NCBI GenBank assembly: GCA_041548245.1
Contig: JBFESZ010000005.1
Span: 1-41,511 of the forward strand
DNA: 41,511 bases
Reading direction: 5' to 3'
Origin: Sulfurimonadaceae bacterium
GTDB lineage: Bacteria; Campylobacterota; Campylobacteria; Campylobacterales; Sulfurimonadaceae
Made by a program: the position numbers and the translations under genes
Notes under the pieces: model-generated
What the model was told of the DNA's origin: nothing
The model's input: only the letters and a program-made list of their open reading frames with translations
Databases searched by the model: none
Part shown: piece by piece, positions 37,466 to 41,511 of the stretch
How positions within the stretch are numbered: the stretch's first letter is position 1
Layout of the letters: the number at the start of each line of letters is the position of its first letter

Positions 37466-38368
37466 TTATACGGAGCGAACGCCCAATAGATAGTTGACAA
37501 CATTATCAACGAAAGCATCATGCTTGCGCTCTTTAGAATACGCGATATAAAACTTACGCATGATTCTATAACCTTTGATACGTGCCTCATAAACACGCCC
37601 TGCCGCTACATCATCCGCCAATACATGACGTGACATAACCGATACAACAGGACGAGGAGCATGAGGGTCAGCGTGCGTAATCGACTCTTTGATCGCTGTC
37701 GGACTTCCCACAACACCAATGACGTTAAAGCTTGAACACTCTACGCCAATCTCTTCAAAAACCTCTGAAGTCAACTTTCTTGTATGAGAGTTCTCATCTC
37801 TACAGATCCAGTCAAACTTATACATGTCTTCACGCTTAAGCTGCTTAGGAATGGGCTGGTTTGAGAAAATAACCAATTCATCTTCAAGCCACTCTCTATA
37901 GACGATCCCTTCTCTGAAAACCGCTGATTCGATCAGACCGATATCAATCTTCTTGTCTTCGATCTGATCGATAATATCCTCCGAATTAGCAACACGAAGA
38001 TAGACTTCATTCTCGATCTTATCTTTGATCTTTTGAATCAATGGTGGAATGACATAGTTTCCAATAGCAAAAGAAGCCCCCAAGACAAAAGTGAACTCTT
38101 TGTTAATGATCTTTAGAAGCTCCTTTTCAGATGAGGCGATTGCCTTTTCCAAACGAACTGCTATACGATGAAGGTCTTCACCCTCTTTAGTCAATTTAAT
38201 ACCATTTTTCTTACGTTCAACGATCTTTGTATCTAGATAATCTTCAATGAACTTGATCTGCTGTGTAACCGCTGGTTGCGAGATACCAAGTTTTGCAGAA
38301 GCCCTTGAAAAGCTCTTTTCCTTGATCACAGTCAAAAAGGTATGTAGTTTTGCAAAATCTTTTAACAT
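37466..38368 (-). CDS. LysR-family regulator with a CysL/YeiE-like effector domain
   Basis: HTH SFSRASAKLGISQPAVTQQIK, GASFAIGNYVIP, NSEDI, RDENSHTR (compare RExGSGTR). Confidence 0.9.
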   Translation of the reverse strand: MLKDFAKLHTFLTVIKEKSFSRASAKLGISQPAVTQQIKFIEDYLDTKIVERKKNGIKLTKEGEDLHRIAVRLEKAIASSEKELLKIINKEFTFVLGASFAIGNYVIPPLIQKIKDKIENEVYLRVANSEDIIDQIEDKKIDIGLIESAVFREGIVYREWLEDELVIFSNQPIPKQLKREDMYKFDWICRDENSHTRKLTSEVFEEIGVECSSFNVIGVVGSPTAIKESITHADPHAPRPVVSVMSRHVLADDVAAGRVYEARIKGYRIMRKFYIAYSKERKHDAFVDNVVNYLLGVRSV

Positions 38369-38379
38369 TAATAATTCCC

Positions 38380-38418
38380 ATAAGATATTTTTATAGTAAA
38401 AGTATAACCCAAAATTAT
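38380..38418. promoter_or_regulatory. Two LTTR boxes (ATAA-N7-TTAT)
   Basis: ATAAGATATTTTTAT at 38380-38394 and ATAACCCAAAATTAT at 38404-38418. Confidence 0.6.
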
Positions 38419-38429
38419 AGAGATTGCAA
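38401..38429 (-). promoter_or_regulatory. Sigma70-type promoter of the LysR gene
   Basis: TTGCAA, 17-nt spacer, TATACT on the minus strand. Confidence 0.65.
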
Positions 38430-38456
38430 TACCTTTGTAATAATTCATTAAAAATT

Positions 38457-38465
38457 TGTTATAAT
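38457..38465 (+). promoter_or_regulatory. Extended -10 promoter for uvrD-truB-csrA
   Basis: TGTTATAAT about 70 nt upstream of the ATG. Confidence 0.55.
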
Positions 38466-38535
38466 CAATATAACTATAACAATATTACTCAACGCCTTTA
38501 TTTTCTAAAGGGTATGTAAAGAACCTAGGTAAAAA

Positions 38536-40584
38536 ATGGAAGACATATTTCAAGACCTTAACGAAGCACAAAGTGAAGCCGTCAAAAAAATAGACGGACC
38601 TATGCTTATTCTTGCAGGTGCAGGAAGTGGGAAGACAAAGACCATAACCTCACGACTCGCTTATCTATTGGATGAAGTAGGAATTCCTGCCGCCAATACG
38701 CTTACCCTCACCTTCACGAACAAAGCAGCCAAAGAGATGCGTGAACGCGCACTTTCCATGATCAAACCGACTTCCTATCCTCCGCTTTTATGTACCTTTC
38801 ATAAGTTTGGTCTTCTCTTTTTAAAATTTCATATCCACCGACTTGGAAGAAAGAACAACTTTGTCGTCATTGATACAGAAGACAAAAAACGCATCATCAA
38901 AAAGTTCAATTCCGAAGTCCCAGTCCCACTCATCGCCAGTGAGATTTCACGTTACAAGAACTCTCTGATAACGCCGGATGAGGCCTATGCACAGGCTGAA
39001 TTAAAAAACTATAAGATGATTGCTAAGATATATGAACAGTATGAGGCACATCTGCACGAAAACAATCTGGTGGATTTTGACGACCTGCTTGCACTCACCT
39101 ATAAACTGCTTGACGAGAACAAAGATCTTGCGAAAGAGACCAGTGAGAAATATCAATATATCATGATCGATGAATATCAAGATACAAATGAACTGCAGTT
39201 CAGGCTTCTGCAAAAGCTGTGTACGACACACAAAAATCTTTGTGTGGTGGGTGATGATGATCAAAGTATCTATGGATGGCGGGGAGCCAATATTCGAAAT
39301 ATTATCGAATTCGACAAAGACTTTGATGACACCCATATCGTCAAACTTGAAAACAACTATCGCTCAACCGAGCCTATCTTAAATGCTGCGAATGCCCTGA
39401 TTGAGCATAACCGAAATCGTCTTGGGAAAAAGCTCATCTCCACCAAAGGTAAAGGTAAAGATATTACCATCTTGTCTTCACATGATGAATCAGAAGAGGC
39501 AAACAAGATAGCAAGTTCCATCAGTGAACTGCTTAACAGTGGTGCCAAAGCTGATGATATTGCTGTGCTGTATCGTATCAATGCCCTAAGCCGTTCTCTT
39601 GAAGAAGGGCTTGCCCGACATCGAATACCTTATAAACTTGTCGGCGGACTGCGGTTTTATGACAGAGCTGAGATCAAAGACCTCATCTCCTACCTGCGTG
39701 TCATCACCAATATACACGACAGCTTTTCGCTAAAACGCATTATCAACAAGCCAAAACGAGGCTTGGGAAAAGCGACTATTGACAAACTAGAGCTTTCCTC
39801 CATGGAGGCAGAAAAATCGATTTTCGATTTTATTGACACCTCTTCTGACGCTGAGCTAGAAGCCCTGATCAAAAAAAAGAACACACAAACGGTAAAAAAA
39901 CTCATCCATGATATCAAAGAAGTATCAACAGCTGCACAGACGGCCAGTTATGACCTTGCCGATATCCTGGAAGAAACCTTTAATATCAAATCCATTTATG
40001 AGAGTATGCCTGATGCCTATGATCGTCTAAGCAATATCGATGAGTTTTATGGACTTTTTAGAGATTTTATCAAACAAAATCCTGAAGTCAGCCTGGATGA
40101 GTTTTTAAACGAGCTGACCCTTCAGAGTGAACAGGACCAGGTCGAGGGAGAAAGTATCTATATCATGAGTATTCATGCCTCAAAAGGTCTGGAATTCAAA
40201 CATGTCTACATCATTGGACTTGAAGAGGGTTTTTTACCCCTCATCGGGGATGGAAGTGACACGGAAGAAGAGAGGCGTCTTGGGTATGTCGCCATTACCC
40301 GTGCTGAGTCTGAACTCACAATGTCTCATGTGGCAAGCAGGTTCTATAAGGGACGACGTACTGAGCTCAATAAAAGCCGGTTCTTCAAAGAATCTGGGCT
40401 GTGTGAAGGTTCTTTAGTTATGGAAAAAAGCACCTCATTTAAAAAAGGTGACCTCGTACGGCATAAGATCTTTGGTGCAGGTCGCATACTTGGTGTCAGC
40501 AAAGCAGGAAAAGACTTCAAACTCAAAATCAACTTTGGTGGAAGTCACCGAGAGATTCTCTCCTCATTTGTAGAACGCTTATAG
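38536..40584 (+). CDS. uvrD: UvrD/PcrA/Rep SF1A DNA helicase
   Basis: AGAGSGKT, TFTNKAA, IDEYQDTN, GDDDQSIYGWRGA, HASKGLEF, YVAITRA, C-terminal Tudor-like GDLVRHKIFG. Confidence 0.92.
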   Translation: MEDIFQDLNEAQSEAVKKIDGPMLILAGAGSGKTKTITSRLAYLLDEVGIPAANTLTLTFTNKAAKEMRERALSMIKPTSYPPLLCTFHKFGLLFLKFHIHRLGRKNNFVVIDTEDKKRIIKKFNSEVPVPLIASEISRYKNSLITPDEAYAQAELKNYKMIAKIYEQYEAHLHENNLVDFDDLLALTYKLLDENKDLAKETSEKYQYIMIDEYQDTNELQFRLLQKLCTTHKNLCVVGDDDQSIYGWRGANIRNIIEFDKDFDDTHIVKLENNYRSTEPILNAANALIEHNRNRLGKKLISTKGKGKDITILSSHDESEEANKIASSISELLNSGAKADDIAVLYRINALSRSLEEGLARHRIPYKLVGGLRFYDRAEIKDLISYLRVITNIHDSFSLKRIINKPKRGLGKATIDKLELSSMEAEKSIFDFIDTSSDAELEALIKKKNTQTVKKLIHDIKEVSTAAQTASYDLADILEETFNIKSIYESMPDAYDRLSNIDEFYGLFRDFIKQNPEVSLDEFLNELTLQSEQDQVEGESIYIMSIHASKGLEFKHVYIIGLEEGFLPLIGDGSDTEEERRLGYVAITRAESELTMSHVASRFYKGRRTELNKSRFFKESGLCEGSLVMEKSTSFKKGDLVRHKIFGAGRILGVSKAGKDFKLKINFGGSHREILSSFVERL

Positions 40585-40605
40585 TATTAGATAATAGGAA
40601 GTATT

Positions 40606-41427
40606 TTGAATAGGATATTTGTCGCTTACAAACCAACAGGACTCAGCTCAAATCAGTTCCTAAGCCGTCTTAAACGCAAGTATAAGGTCAAAAAAGCCGG
40701 TTATTCCGGAACCTTGGACCCTTTTGCAAAGGGAGTGCTGATTGTGGCTTTTGGCAACTTTACCCGCTTTTTCCGTTTCTTGGACAAAACACCAAAGAGC
40801 TACAGGGCCACACTCTGGCTCGGAGCCGCGTCTGACACTTTGGATATCGAACATGTGAGTGATCCAAAAATCATCAAACCTTTTGCTGAAGCGAAGATCC
40901 GCTCTGTACTAGAAAGCCTTCAAGGTGATCTGGAGTACACTCCACCTGTTTTTAGTGCCAAGAAGATAGATGGTGTGCGCGCTTATGATCTGGCACGTGC
41001 AGGTGAAGAGGTAGAGCTTAAAAAGATCAGATCGACTGTATATGAGATCAAATTGCTTCATTACTGTCATCCCTTCGTCACCTTTGAAGCAACGGTCAGT
41101 GAAGGAACCTACATACGAAGCCTGGGAGAAATGATCGCTTCCAAACTGGGTGTAGATGGGGCATTAAGCGCATTGGAACGGCTTAGAGAAGGAAGCTTTC
41201 GCTATAATAATGAAACCCCTATCTCTCCTTTGGATGCACTCACGATGGAGCGTGTCAGCTATTCAGGAGACATCAATGACATTTGGCTTGGTAAAAAGAT
41301 ATCGGTCAACGCTCTTGATACCGATAAAGATGGCATATACCTGCTGCATGATGATAAATTGGCAGCTGTACTGGAGATAGAAGATAAAAAAGTTTCGTAC
41401 TTACTAAACAAGGTTGATCTATGCTAA
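40606..41427 (+). CDS. truB: tRNA pseudouridine(55) synthase
   Basis: KAGYSGTLDPFAKG, PPVFSAKKIDG, SEGTYIRS; TTG start with AGGA RBS. Confidence 0.93.
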   Translation: MNRIFVAYKPTGLSSNQFLSRLKRKYKVKKAGYSGTLDPFAKGVLIVAFGNFTRFFRFLDKTPKSYRATLWLGAASDTLDIEHVSDPKIIKPFAEAKIRSVLESLQGDLEYTPPVFSAKKIDGVRAYDLARAGEEVELKKIRSTVYEIKLLHYCHPFVTFEATVSEGTYIRSLGEMIASKLGVDGALSALERLREGSFRYNNETPISPLDALTMERVSYSGDINDIWLGKKISVNALDTDKDGIYLLHDDKLAAVLEIEDKKVSYLLNKVDLC

Positions 41428-41511
41428 TACTATCGCGTAAGCTTGAAGAGGCAATTTGGCTCGGTGACAATATCAAGGTCAAGATCATGGGTATTGAAAA
41501 AGGCACCGTCA
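41421..41511 (+). CDS. csrA: Carbon storage regulator CsrA, 5' part truncated by the window edge; absent from the ORF track
   Basis: Translates as MLILSRKLEEAIWLGDNIKVKIMGIEKGTV, the CsrA N-terminal signature; AAGG RBS; overlaps the truB stop. Confidence 0.9.
   Translation, partial: MLILSRKLEEAIWLGDNIKVKIMGIEKGTV

Noticed and set aside
39873-39879. In-frame A_AAA_AAG slippery heptamer in uvrD
   Set aside because: Lys run in an AT-rich genome; no evident stimulatory hairpin, and the -1 frame stops within about ten codons, removing helicase motifs V-VI
1-41511. CRISPR array, tRNA, rRNA, prophage or defence genes
   Set aside because: Intergenic gaps are all under about 170 nt with no repeat-spacer pattern or cloverleaf, and no ORF resembles phage or defence proteins

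Overview
Mostly core-genome window from a Campylobacterota (epsilonproteobacterial) chromosome; protein style and gene content suggest a free-living Sulfurimonas/Sulfuricurvum-like organism (inference). From left to right it contains: an LPS inner-core/heptose block (waaF, hldE, hldD, gmhA, gmhB) interleaved with a YfaZ-type outer-membrane protein, a cytochrome c553, cbb3-oxidase assembly genes (ccoI, ccoS) and a short-chain asparaginase; ugd-metK-pgi; rho-murI-dnaX; a long minus-strand operon yajC-secD-secF-membrane protein-leuS-lptE-GGDEF-folC-M23 peptidase-bactofilin-mfd-ymdB-HhH glycosylase; a two-gene accessory unit (orphan PhnD-like periplasmic binding protein plus porin) between yajC and lnt; lnt-cysK-PabC-like-hypothetical; a LysR regulator; and uvrD-truB-csrA (partial, not in the ORF track). 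I saw no rRNA, tRNA, CRISPR array, transposase or phage gene. The best leads are: (1) the hypothetical at 36861-37328, which looks like a divergent SspB-type ClpXP adaptor; (2) the transporter-less binding protein/porin pair, possibly for sulfur or phosphorus oxyanions; (3) a two-hairpin structure with anti-SD segments directly before leuS; (4) an IscR/CymR-like box before cysK; (5) tandem LysR boxes over the lysR promoter; (6) a structured element between pgi and metK. All family calls come from motif recognition by eye, not database searches.
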